Program-made: the position numbers and the translations under genes | The notes under the pieces: generated by a model | Seen by the model: the letters and a program-made list of their open reading frames with translations, nothing else | The model's database searches: none | Told to the model about the DNA's origin: nothing | Shown: in pieces, positions 1-11,764 of the stretch | Numbering within the stretch: position 1 is the stretch's first letter | How the letters are laid out: every line of letters begins with the position of its first letter | Source of the DNA: Paraspadella gotoi | Taxonomy: Eukaryota; Animalia; Chaetognatha | Assembly: GCA_051294375.1 (NCBI GenBank) | Contig: CM119266.1 | Span: forward strand, 27,204,718-27,268,717 | Length of the DNA: 64,000 bases | Direction: 5' to 3'

Positions 1-40
1 TATCGCACGTCTTGACGGTCGCTTCGTCGGTAGATTTGTC

Positions 41-560
41 GGTCCCTCCGCCGGTCCCTCCCTCGGTCCCTCNNNNNNNNNNNNNNNNNNNNNNNNNNNN
101 NNNNNNNNNNNNNNNNNNNNNNNNNNNNNNNNNNNNNNNNNNNNNNNNNNNNNNNNNNNNNNNNNNNNNNNNNNNNNNNNNNNNNNNNNNNNNNNNNNNN
201 NNNNNNNNNNNNNNNNNNNNNNNNNNNNNNNNNNNNNNNNNNNNNNNNNNNNNNNNNNNNNNNNNNNNNNNNNNNNNNNNNNNNNNNNNNNNNNNNNNNN
301 NNNNNNNNNNNNNNNNNNNNNNNNNNNNNNNNNNNNNNNNNNNNNNNNNNNNNNNNNNNNNNNNNNNNNNNNNNNNNNNNNNNNNNNNNNNNNNNNNNNN
401 NNNNNNNNNNNNNNNNNNNNNNNNNNNNNNNNNNNNNNNNNNNNNNNNNNNNNNNNNNNNNNNNNNNNNNNNNNNNNNNNNNNNNNNNNNNNNNNNNNNN
501 NNNNNNNNNNNNNNNNNNNNNNNNNCGGTCCCTCCCTCGGTCCCTCCGCCGGTCCCTTCC
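41..560. repeat. 12-bp minisatellite (GGTCCCTCCGCC/GGTCCCTCCCTC) on both sides of an N-gap
   Basis: The same 12-mer units occur at about 41-72 and 526-560; the interior is N. Confidence 0.7.
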
Positions 561-1209
561 TCGATTCCTCTTCGTCCGCGAATCCAAATCGGCAAATTTT
601 TTTTTCTCGTGTGAGAGAAGCGAAAAAAAGGAGAAGNNNNNNNNNNNNNNNNNNNNNNNNNNNNNNNNNNNNNNNNNNNNNNNNNNNNNNNNNNNNNNNN
701 NNNNNNNNNNNNNNNNNNNNNNNNNNNNNNNNNNNNNNNNNNNNNNNNNNNNNNNNNNNNNNNNNNNNNNNNNNNNNNNNNNNNNNNNNNNNNNNNNNNN
801 NNNNNNNNNNNNNNNNNNNNNNNNNNNNNNNNNNNNNNNNNNNNNNNNNNNNNNNNNNNNNNNNNNNNNNNNNNNNNNNNNNNNNNNNNNNNNNNNNNNN
901 NNNNNNNNNNNNNNNNNNNNNNNNNNNNNNNNNNNNNNNNNNTTCGTGGTTATCACGTGACCTTAGATCAATGAAACCTCAGAACGTCGACTGCCTTCTC
1001 TTTTCTCTCCCCCCACCTTCCCATCCTTCACTCTCTCTCTCTTTATCCGTCGTCTNNNNNNNNNNNNNNNNNNNNNNNNNNNNNNNNNNNNNNNNNNNNN
1101 NNNNNNNNNNNNNNNNNNNNNNNNNNNNNNNNNNNNNNNNNNNNNNNNNNNNNNNNNNNNNNNNNNNNNNNNNNNNNNNNNNNNNNNNNNNNNNNNNNNN
1201 NNNNNCTCA

Positions 1210-1242
<33 letters not shown>

Positions 1243-1561
1243 TCTGTCCTTTGCTCCGAAGAAAGAATATATTTTACTCTTTTGTCATATTTTTTTGTTT
1301 GTCTCTGGATTCGGAGGTCAAAGAGACAAAGGGACGAAACAGGAAGAAGAAAAAAGGGAAATCGAGGAGGCGAACCTGGTGACCGTTTTGGGGAAACCCC
1401 ATCGAGGCGGCAGACGACGACGAAAACTACGACGACGTTTTAACGATCGGACACCAGCGGAGAGGACCCATATTGAGTTATATTGACGTATTAGACGAGC
1501 CTTATTAACTTGTATTTCACGAAGAAAAGATCTATATTTATTCATGGAACAGATGCTTTGG

Positions 1562-2239
1562 TTAAGTATCTATTGTTGTAAAATGTCATGCTTCGCTTCT
1601 CTTTTTTCCGCTCGGTTTGCAAATACAAATTTGTTAAAAAATAAAAAACAAACAACAAAAACACAATAAAAAACGACAAAGAACAAAAGAGAGACAAAAT
1701 GCGTTCGACCGCCGGCGCCACATCATTTTTTTTTTCGTTTTGGCGTCACGGCGGTTCAAATTCCTTTTTGTCGCCTCCGAAATGTTGCCGTCGCGACGAA
1801 AGCGACGTCCTTTTCGGCGAAGATGGTGTCGGTTGCCAATGGCAACGACGAAAATCTCTTCTTCGGTTTGAATTACTGTTTTTTTCGGGTTTTCTTGCAA
1901 TCGGCGGACTAAACATGTATTGTTTGTATGTAATGTATGTATGGTATGGTCGGAGGTAAATACGAAACTGAAAAAACTTGAGACAAACTAGAGATAATCA
2001 ACAACAACAACAACGACAAAGAATAACAACAATAACAACACGAAGCTCGAAGCGACGCTTTGGGCGGCGAGAGAAGAAAAAATGGGGAAGAAAATGGGGA
2101 AGAAAATGGGGCGGAAAGAGAAATATATATATAATAAGGATGTGAAAAGGAAAGAAAAAGAAAAGAAGGTTTAAAGGAAGTAAAACAAAGGGGGGGTTTT
2201 AAAAGGTTAAAAAAAAGGAAATCAAGGAAGGGATAGAGA

Positions 2240-2296
<57 letters not shown>

Positions 2297-5200
2297 TATT
2301 TCAGTTAAAAAGTCAAGAAAAAAAAAGGAATAAAAAAGAGTTTGACAGAAGAAGGAAAAGCGAGAATAGGTTTGGCACGAAGTGTGTATTTTTGTTACAA
2401 TTTACGACTTTTAAGGTCAATGACGAGTGAAAAAAATACGATTTTGCGAATAGAGAGGCGTGGCGAAAAATTTTAAAACAGTTGTTTTAAAATCTGCATA
2501 AAACCTAGTTGTCGCGCGTTAAAGAAAAATAACAATGGAGCACAGTGCCGAAAAACGCAAAAAAAAACGAAACAGATTTAAAATATGCAGTTTTTAATTG
2601 AATGATATGGCGACGTGAATAATTTAAAGATATAGGAGAGCAGGTTATATAACGGGATACATTTAATACAATGTACACAGGAGATTAAACATTAACAGTA
2701 ATAAACGGTGAGACGAGAAAGTAGTATAGAGATTTTCGAGTTGTGTCTACCATCGTGAGCTTGTCCGCTTTTAAAAAGCAAAAGTCGGCCAAGTGTCCTT
2801 CAGCAGCAAGGTCAAGGGCCTAAAAGCAACCAACCGGTTACCAGCGGTTGGCCAGATGACATACGCGCACGGTACGCTAAAGCGTCCTCGCATAATGATT
2901 CAAAAGATTTTTAAACAAAGGGATCTATCAATAGATCGTCCTGTCAGTCTGAGGTGTCAGTGGAGATTTTTTTACATAATTTTGAATTTTCCTTGGTGAA
3001 AAAAGCCACTAACCTAAATGGAAACATCAATTAAGTAGGTTATCGGGGAGTATGCGTAGAGGGGGATAGTTGAAACCGGGGGGAGTGTCGCGGCAATGAG
3101 AGAGAGAGTAGAGAGAGAGAGAGAGGAGAGAGAAGAGAGGAGGAGGACTAAACAACTTCCTCCTGCATTGGACATGAAAGAAAGCGATCAAGAGAGAATA
3201 ATGTAGGGGAGGAAAAAAAATCGAACGGGCTGGAGAGTCTCCCTGGGGTAAAGGCGGTAAGGAAAAAAGAAAAAGAGAATAAAAAGAGAAAAAAGGGAAA
3301 AAAAGAAAGAAAAAAGGGAAATGGAGGAAGCGGCGGCGCGTATATCGGAGGATAATCTGACTAACTGCTGCGCGTTGCCTCCCGAGGTCAGCCCTTCATT
3401 TGCTTTTTCAAAACCATCTCTTGCTTTCACGAAGAGAACTCTTTATCACCTCGTCTCTTTGTTTTCTTTTTTTCTTTTCTTTTTTCTCTTGCTAAGTTTT
3501 TCGCTTCCTCTTCAATTTTTTTTTCTTCTTCGTAAATTCCTCCCCATCTGCTCTCTCGTTCTTTCTCTCTTTCTTCTCTCTCTCTGCTCTCTCATGTCTG
3601 GACTTCGGCTGTGTTCGTTCTTTTTTATTTCATCTCCCTGTTTCTTTAATCGATTTTCACTTTTTCGTCTCTTTTTTTCTTTCTTCCCTTTTTTCTAGTA
3701 AATGGCCTCTTATAATTTCCTTCTGCTTGTTTTTGTCTCTCTCATCTCGCTCTCTCTTTTCTTCTCATGAATATAAGGCTTTGAGTTTTTTTAGGTTCAA
3801 CAGCTCTTACATTCTAATCATACCTTGCTTTTTTCTCTTTTCATACTGGCATTGGATATCTCTCTTTCTTTCCAGACTCTCTGTTTCATTTCTTTCTCGT
3901 CATCTTACTTCATTTAATCGCTCCCTGCTTTCATTTTGAGTGAATAAATCAATAGTTTCTCGTGTTTTTTTTCACTTACGCCAATATGTTGCGTGAGTAC
4001 GTTTTTTCGTTAATCCTCACCCTCTCTTGTTTCGTCTCTCTCGTTGCCCATTCCGTGCTCATGCTCTGATTTTCCTTTCTCTGTCTCCTCCGTCGCTCAA
4101 GGTTCTTTATCGGTGGAGCGTGAAATCTCCCAGAGCATTCTCTTTGACATTTTGAGTTGAATTGGTAATCCTTTTTTAATGTATTTTGTCGTCTGAGCGA
4201 CATGGTAGAATTCACTTTTCAACTATTTTGCGGGAGGATAATAATGACAGAGCATATATAAAAATTTCCATTCGTGCTAACAAGTCGATACTTGACTGTT
4301 TGGTGTATTGTTTAAACGAGTAAATATATTACAACGATAAACAAAAAATTCTAGAGCGAGTTTTACAGCTTCATGTTAAACCACTGAATTCTCGCACCTA
4401 ATTTTAAACAAGTTTGGGCAATAAAAGATGTCGGCAGTCATGCCCACTGATCATTATCGGGTAAATAGTAATTAAGTTGAACTAATTATTTCATAATTAA
4501 TGTCAAGTTTAATTAATTTAATAATTAAGTTGTATTCATATGTTAATTCTTTAATTAATATTAAAGGCAATTAATTATTTAATTTGATCCAAAATGTTTG
4601 TTTGATGATAATGTAACCTGATTAATTATTCATTGACTCATTAATGTATTGACGTTGAATAACTTGACTAAATTGATTAATTAACTGATTTAATTATTTG
4701 ATTAAATTATATACAGTCATGCATTTACGATTTACAAATAAAAAGAAAAATAAGAGCATAATCAATTCAGTAGAAACAGTTCTTGTTGTATTTCATCCAT
4801 TTTTTCTCATCTTCAACATCGGGGCACGATTACCATCGATAATTGATGATTTAGCAGTTTAATCACACACTTTTCTACCTCAAATACAAAATTTCAAAGT
4901 CAATTGCCATCAATCTCACTCATGAAGTGATGTGGTGTTCAAATGGTAAAAATATCATTTATTTTGTTTTTTTGCATTTAAGACTCCATTTTCACTCAGA
5001 CGATTCCATCGGAAACTTCATATCACAGCTCTAATCACGACATTGTCCCATACCCACACAACAAATATTTCATTGAATTCGGCATTCCATTCCAAATCAA
5101 ACAGGAGTTAATTGGTGTTTTTATGGCTAAGAGGNNNNNNNNNNNNNNNNNNNNNNNNNAAAAAGAGAGAGATGTATGGTAGGTCGGGAGTAAATACGAA

Positions 5201-5471
5201 TCTGAAAAAACTTGAGAACAAACTAGAGATAATCAACAACAACAACAACGACACCAAGAATAACAACAATAACAACACGAAGCTCGAAGCGACGCTTTGG
5301 GCGGCGAGAGAAGAGAAATGGGGAGAAAATGGGGAAGAAAATGGGGCGGAAGAGAAAATATAATATAATAAGGATGTGAAAGGAAAGAAAAAGAAAAGAA
5401 GGTTTTAAAGGAAGTAAAAAAAGGGGGGGTTTTAAAAGGTTAAAAAAAGGAAATCAAGGAAGGGATAGAGA

Positions 5472-5556
<85 letters not shown>

Positions 5557-6086
5557 TATTTCAGTTAAAAAGTCAAGAAAAAAAAAGGATTGAAAAAAGA
5601 AAGTTTCACAGAAGAAAGAAAAGCGAGAATAGGTTTGGCACGAGTGTGTATTTTGTTACAATTTACGACTTTTAAGGTCAAATGACGAGTGAGAAAAATA
5701 CGATTTTGCGAAGAGAGGCGTGGCGAAAATTTTAAAACAGTTGTTTTAAAATCTGCATAAAACCTAGTTGTCGCGGTTAAAGAAAAATACAATGGGAGCA
5801 ACAGTGCGAAAAACCAAAAAAATAACGAAACAGATTTAAAATATGCAGTTTTTAATTGAATGATTCAAAAGATTTTAAACAAAGGGATCACAATAGATCG
5901 TCCTGTCAGTCTGAGTGTCAGTGAGATTTTTTTACATATTTTATGAATTTTTCTTGGTGAAAAAATACCACTACCTAAATGGAAACATCATTAAGTAGGT
6001 TTTATCGGAGAGATGCGGATAGAGGGGGATATGACGGGGGGAGTGTCGCGGCAATGAGAGAGAGAGAGAGAGAGAGAGAAGAGAGA

Positions 6087-6123
<37 letters not shown>

Positions 6124-6623
6124 AGAGAAGAGAGAGAGAGACTAAATANNNNNNNNNNNNNNNNNNNNNNNNNNNNNNNNNNNNNNNNNNNNNNNNNNNN
6201 NNNNNNNNNNNNNNNNNNNNNNNNNNNNNNNNNNNNNNNNNNNNNNNNNNNNNNNNNNNNNNCCTGCATTGGAATAAAGAAAGCGACAGAGAATAATGTA
6301 GGGGAGGAAAAAAATCGACGGGCTGAGACTCCCTGGGTAAAGCGGAGGAAAAAAAGAAAATGAGAAAAAAAAGAAAAAAAAGGGAAAAAAAGGAAAGAAA
6401 AAAAATGGAGGAAGCGGCCGGGCGCGTTATCGAGATAATCTACTACTGGCTGCGCGTTGCCTCCCGAGGTCAGCCCTTCATTTCTTTTCCAAACCATCTC
6501 TCTTTCCCAGAGACACTTTATCACCTCGTTCTCTTTGTTTTCTTTTTCTTTTCTTTTTTCTCTTTCTATTTTTCCTTCCTCTCAATTTTTTTCTTCTTCG
6601 TAATCCCCCTCTCTCTCTCGTTC

Positions 6624-6664
<41 letters not shown>

Positions 6665-7651
6665 GACTTCGGCGGTGTCGTTCTTTTTATTTATCTCCCC
6701 GTTTCTTTAATCGACTTTCACTTTTCTCTCTTTTTTTCTTTCTCCCTTTTTTTAGTAAGCCTCTTTAATTTCCTTCTGCTTTTTTTTCTCTCTCTCTCTC
6801 TCTTTTCTCATGAATATAAGGCTTTGATTTTTTTGTCTCAACACTCTACATTCTATCATCTGCTTTTTCTCTTTTCAAGCATTGGATACTCTCTTTCTTT
6901 CCCAACTCTCTCTCATTCTTTCTCTCTCTCTTTTTTAATCTCCCTCTTCATTTATGAATATCATAGTTTCTCAGAGAGAGATTGTTAGTATCTATTGTTG
7001 TAAAATTTCATGGTTCGCTCTCTTTTTTTCCCTCGGTTTGCAAATACACAGATTTTTTAAAAATAAAACAACAAACAAAAAAAATAAAAACGAAAAAGAA
7101 ACAAAGAAAGAAGACAAACATCGTCGACGCCGGCGCCATCATATTTTTTTTTCCGTTTTCGTCAACGGGGTCATCCTTTTTGTTCGCCTCGGAATTTGCC
7201 CGTCGCGACGAAAGCGACGTCTTTGCGAAGATGTGTCGTTGCCATGGCAACGAACGAGTTCTCTTCTCGGTTGATTCGTTTTTCGGTTTTTTTTGCATCG
7301 GCCGACTAAAGACTGTATTGTTTGTCTGTAATGTATGTATGGTATAGAGGAGTAAATAACGAAAACAGAAAAAAAACTTGAGAACAAAACTAGAGATATC
7401 ACACACACAACAACGAACAAAAGAATAAACAACAATAACAACACGAAGCTCGAAGCGACGCTTTTGGCGGCGGAGCAGAAAAATTGGGGAAGAAAATGGG
7501 GAGAAAGAGGCGGACAGAAAAATATAAATAATAAGGATGGTGAAAAAGGAAAGAAAAAGAAAAGAAAGGTTTTTAAAGAAGTAAAAAAAGGGGGGTTTTA
7601 AAAAGGTTAAAAAAAAAGGAAATCAAGGAGGGATAGAGAGAGAGAGAAGAA

Positions 7652-7682
<31 letters not shown>

Positions 7683-8504
7683 GAAGAGAGAGAAAATATT
7701 TCAGTAAAAAAGTCAGAAAAAAAAGGAATAAAAAAAGAAAGTTTGAAGCAGAAAGAAAGGAAAAGCGAGAAATAGGTTTGGCACGGTGTGGTATTTGTTA
7801 ACAATTTACGACTTTTAAGGTCAAATGACGAGTGAAGAAAAATAACGATTTGCGAAAGAAGAGGCGTGGCGAAAATTTAAAAGCAGTTGTTTAATCTGCA
7901 TAAAACCTAGTTGTCGGCGGTTAAAAGGAAAAATACAATGGGAGCAAAACAGATTTAAAATATGCAGTTTTAATTGAATGATATGGCGACGTGAATAATT
8001 AAGATAAGAGACAGGTTTTTAAACGGGGATACATTTTTAATACACATGTAACAAGGAATTAAACCATTAACAGTCAATAAACGGTGAAACGAGAAAGTAG
8101 TTATATGAGATTTCGAGTTGTGGTCTAACCATCGTGAGCTGTCCGCTTTAAACCAAAAGTCGGCGCCTCATAGTGTCCTCAGAGCAAGGTCAGTTGGCTA
8201 ACAACCACCGTTACCACGGTGGCCAGAGACATGAACCACACGTGACCTAAAAGCGTCCTCCATAATGATTTCAAACAGATTTTAAACAAAGGGATCACAA
8301 TAGAATCGTCCTGTCAGTCTGAGTGTCAGTGAAGATTTTTTTAACATATTTTATGAATTTTTTTGCTTGTGAAAAAAAATACCAAACTACCTACAATGGA
8401 AAACAATCATTAAGTAGGTTTTATCGGAGAGATGCGGATAGAGGGGGATTTGACGGGGGGAGTGGTCGCGCAAATGAGAAGAGAAGAGAGAGAGAGAGAG
8501 ACAG

Positions 8505-8536
<32 letters not shown>

Positions 8537-10610
8537 AGAGAGAGACTAAAAACTTGCCTCCCTGCATTGGAATAAAGAAAGCGACACCAGAGAATAATGT
8601 AGGGGAGGAAAAAAATCGACGGGCTGAGACTCCCCTGGGTAAAGCGGAGGAAAAAAAGAAAATGAAGAAAAAAAAGAAAAAAAAGGGAACAAAAAAGGAA
8701 GAAAAAAAATGGAGGAAGCGGCCGGGCGCGTTATCGAGATAATCTAACTACTGGCTGGCGCGTTGCCTCCCGAGGTCAGCTTCATTTCTTTTCCAAACCA
8801 TCTCTCTTTCCAGAGACACTTTATCACCTCGTCTTCATCTTTGTTTTCTTTTTCTTTTCTTTTTCTCTTCTATTTTTCCTTTCCTCTCAATTTTTTTCTT
8901 CTTCGTAATCCCCCCTCTCTCCTCGTTCTTTCTCTCTTTCTCTCTCTCTCTCTCTCCTCTCTCTCTGTCGACTTTTCGGCGTGGTCGTTCTTTTTATTTA
9001 TCTCCCCGTTTCTCTTTAATCGACTTTACTTTTCTCTCTTTTTTTCCTTTCTCCCTTTTTTTAAGTAAGCCTCTTAAATTTCCTTCTGCTTTTTTTCTCT
9101 CTCTCTCTCTCTTTTCTCATGAAGTATTAAAGGCTTTTTTTTTGTCTCAACCTCTACAAATTCCTAAAATCATCTGCTTTTTTCTCTTTGCAAGCATTGG
9201 ATAACTCCTCGTTTCTTTCCCAACCTCTCTCTCATTCTTTCTCTCTGCTCTTTTTTTAATCTCCCTCTCATTAATGATATCAATAAAAAGTTTCCATCTG
9301 TTTTTTTCAAAACTTACGCCAATATGTTGCGTGAAAGCGTTCTATCCTCACTAGCACTCTCCCTCCCTCTCTTCCTCCCATTTCGTCTCTGCTCTAATTT
9401 TCCTCCTGTCTCTCCGTCCCTCAAGTTCTTTATGGTGACTGGAAATCTCCAGAAGCATTCTCTTGACATTTTGAAGTTAAATGGCGAATCCCTTTTTTAA
9501 GTATTTTGTCGTTGAGCGACGGCGAATTCAACTTTGCACTTTTTGCGGAAGGATAAATATGAGACAAACAATATACAAAAATTCCATTCGTCTAAAACAA
9601 GTCGAACTGACTTGACTTTTGGTGTATGTGTAAACGATAATTATTTTACAACGATACAAAAAACTAGACCGATTTAACTCTCATGTAACCACGAAATTCT
9701 CAACCTAATTTAAAACAAGTTTAGCAAAAAAATGTCGCATCTGCCCCACCGGAATCATTAAATCGTAAATTAATTAAGTAAAATTATTTAATAATTAATT
9801 CAAGTTAATTAATTAATAATTAATTTATTCAAAGTTAATTAATTTATTATTAAGCAATTAATTATTTATATTGATCCAAAATGTTTGTTTTGATTGATTA
9901 ATTGCTGATTTAACTTATTATTGATCAATTAATTATTGATTAATTAATTGACTAATTGATTAATTAACTGATTAATTATTTGAATTAATTAATAACAATC
10001 ATGCATTTACATTTAAAATAAAAAGAAAAAAGAAGCATAATCAATTAGTGAAAACAGGTTCTTTGTTTTCTTCCATTTAAACTCATTTCAACTCGGGACA
10101 GATTCCATCGATAATTGATTTCCCAGTTTAATCAACACACTTTTTCTACCAAATACAAAATTTCAAAGTCAATTGCCCATTCCACTCATGAGTAATTGGT
10201 GTTTCAATATGTAAAAATAATTTTTTTGTTTTTTTTTTCAATTTAAACTATTTTCACTCAGACGATTCCATCGAAACTTCAATATCCCAGCTCAATCACA
10301 AAACATTTCCCTACCACACAAAAAATTCATTCGAATCCATCCATCCAAATCACGAGTAAATTGGTGTTTTTTGTAAGGAGGAGGACGGACGGACGGCGGA
10401 CGGACGGACGGACGGACGGAACGGACGGACGGACGGAAGGACCGGACGGACGGACGGGACAAGACAGCCGGACGGACATCCTTTTTTTTTTGGCATAATT
10501 TATCATAATATCGATGTTCTGACATGAATCATAAGTGAATGCCCCGACAAGATTGAAGAGGCGGACCGACCAGACCGAAAAGTGAATTATAGGTCGGATC
10601 TGCTGAAAAG
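1562..10610 (+). repeat. Three near-identical, indel-noisy copies of a 2-3.6 kb segment (about 1562-5134, 5170-6975, 6985-10610)
   Basis: Shared anchors: CACGAAGCTCGAAGCGACGCTTT at about 2039/5276/7442 and GGAGGAAGCGGC at about 3323/6407/8711. Differences are mostly homopolymer indels; 25-N gaps at 5135 and 10611. Confidence 0.9.
2607..2893. mobile_element. About 290-bp insertion (solo-LTR- or MITE-like) flanked by an AATGAT direct repeat
   Basis: Present in copy 1 (2607-2893) and copy 3 (7983-8263), absent in copy 2 (single AATGAT at 5859-5864). Short imperfect inverted ends ATGGCGACG...CGTCCTCCAT. Confidence 0.6.
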
Positions 10611-10655
10611 NNNNNNNNNNNNNNNNNNNNNNNNNAAGCAGATCCGACTAAAAAT
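9712..10655 (-). mobile_element. DINE-1/HINE-like non-autonomous Helentron-type element
   Basis: Terminal hairpin GTCGGATCTGC (10593)...GCAGATCCGAC (10638) with an N-gap in the loop, (GGAC)n at 10383-10478, and homology to 58045-58862 and to a truncated copy at about 4405-5134. Confidence 0.7.
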
Positions 10656-10693
10656 AAGATCAAAAACGATCCGACTAAAAACGGTACACCACA

Positions 10694-10766
10694 GGGGGAT
10701 TAGCTCAGATGGTAGAGCGCTCGCTTTGCATGCGAGAAGTACCGGGATCGATACCCGGATCCTCCA
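10694..10766 (+). tRNA. trnA-UGC: tRNA-Ala, anticodon TGC
   Basis: Full 73-nt cloverleaf: acceptor stem GGGGGAT/ATCCTCC with the G3:U70 alanine identity pair, D-arm GCTC/GAGC, anticodon arm CTCGC-TT TGC AT-GCGAG, T-arm CCGGG-ATCGATA-CCCGG (A54 loop typical of eukaryotic tRNA-Ala). Confidence 0.97.
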
Positions 10767-10772
10767 CCAATA

Positions 10773-10777
10773 TTTTT
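10773..10777 (+). terminator. Pol III T5 terminator of tRNA-Ala
   Basis: TTTTT begins 7 nt after the discriminator base. Confidence 0.75.
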
Positions 10778-11538
10778 CCGCAAGTCCGAATGTTCCCAGA
10801 TTGTGGTTCCGAGCAACGGGTTTCCCATTATTCTTCAAACGAATTTTGAAATGATTAGGGAATACAGATTTTCGGAATTCTGGCGACTTTTCACCCAAAC
10901 ATGTGAATTCACAATCCTGAGGCCACAATCGTTGTCGGCTCTCTTCGCTTTTTTGTTATCATTCGCCTAAAAAACTTCGATCGAAAAACTGGCAACAAAT
11001 TATTCTCTGAACTTCTCTCCTTTTTTGTCACGTCGCAATAACGCTGTTTATTCTAATAAATTTATTCAAGTTTTTATTATACTTAGGACATGTCTAGTTT
11101 ATCGTCACTCCGATATTACTAATACTGTTAAATAATCAAATAACTTGCCTGGGAATCAGATGAAAAGGCAAGTGTTGAAGACAGATTTTTGAACTGTTTC
11201 AAGAGATTAGGTCAACCAGATCAACTCAGGACGAAACAAATTTATTCGACTCACGATTTTGCCAATTAAGAAAATATCCTCTGCTTTCGAAAATAGATCG
11301 AACGATGACGTCTTTTTTTTTATTCTTGATTAAGCATTTAATAAAAGTTTATATTCATATTTCGATATTATTTTAGGAACGGCAAAAAATACTAGGGCAA
11401 CGGTGAGTAGTGAGTAGTGTTCGTTAACTAATCTTGATTTTAAATCGGATAAGTCGCTTGTACTTTTTCAGAATTTTTACTTTTCAATTTTAGCTAAACT
11501 AAAATTGGAGTTTTTTTTTTATTGGAACAGAATCTACG

Positions 11539-11552
11539 TGAGGTGACTTACC

Positions 11553-11618
<66 letters not shown>

Positions 11619-11638
11619 ACTGGTGGTAAGTCGCCTCA
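11539..11638 (+). repeat. 22-bp inverted repeat enclosing a (CT)n microsatellite
   Basis: TGAGGTGACTTACCACCGGTCT (11539-11560) pairs with AGACTGGTGGTAAGTCGCCTCA (11617-11638), 2 mismatches. Confidence 0.9.
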
Positions 11639-11764
11639 AACTTTAATTAAAATATTAATGATTAAATTGTTCGAAGTTAGTGTGAATTTACGATTAGGAA
11701 TATATCTAAGCTTAATTTTAAAAAATATATATTTAAAAGCTCTCAACAAACCATAATCACACAG

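Noticed and set aside
3188-9068. Phe/Leu/Ser-rich membrane-like and ER-repeat ORFs
   Set aside because: Translations of (CT)n/(AG)n and T-rich tracts; frames are not preserved between duplicate copies.
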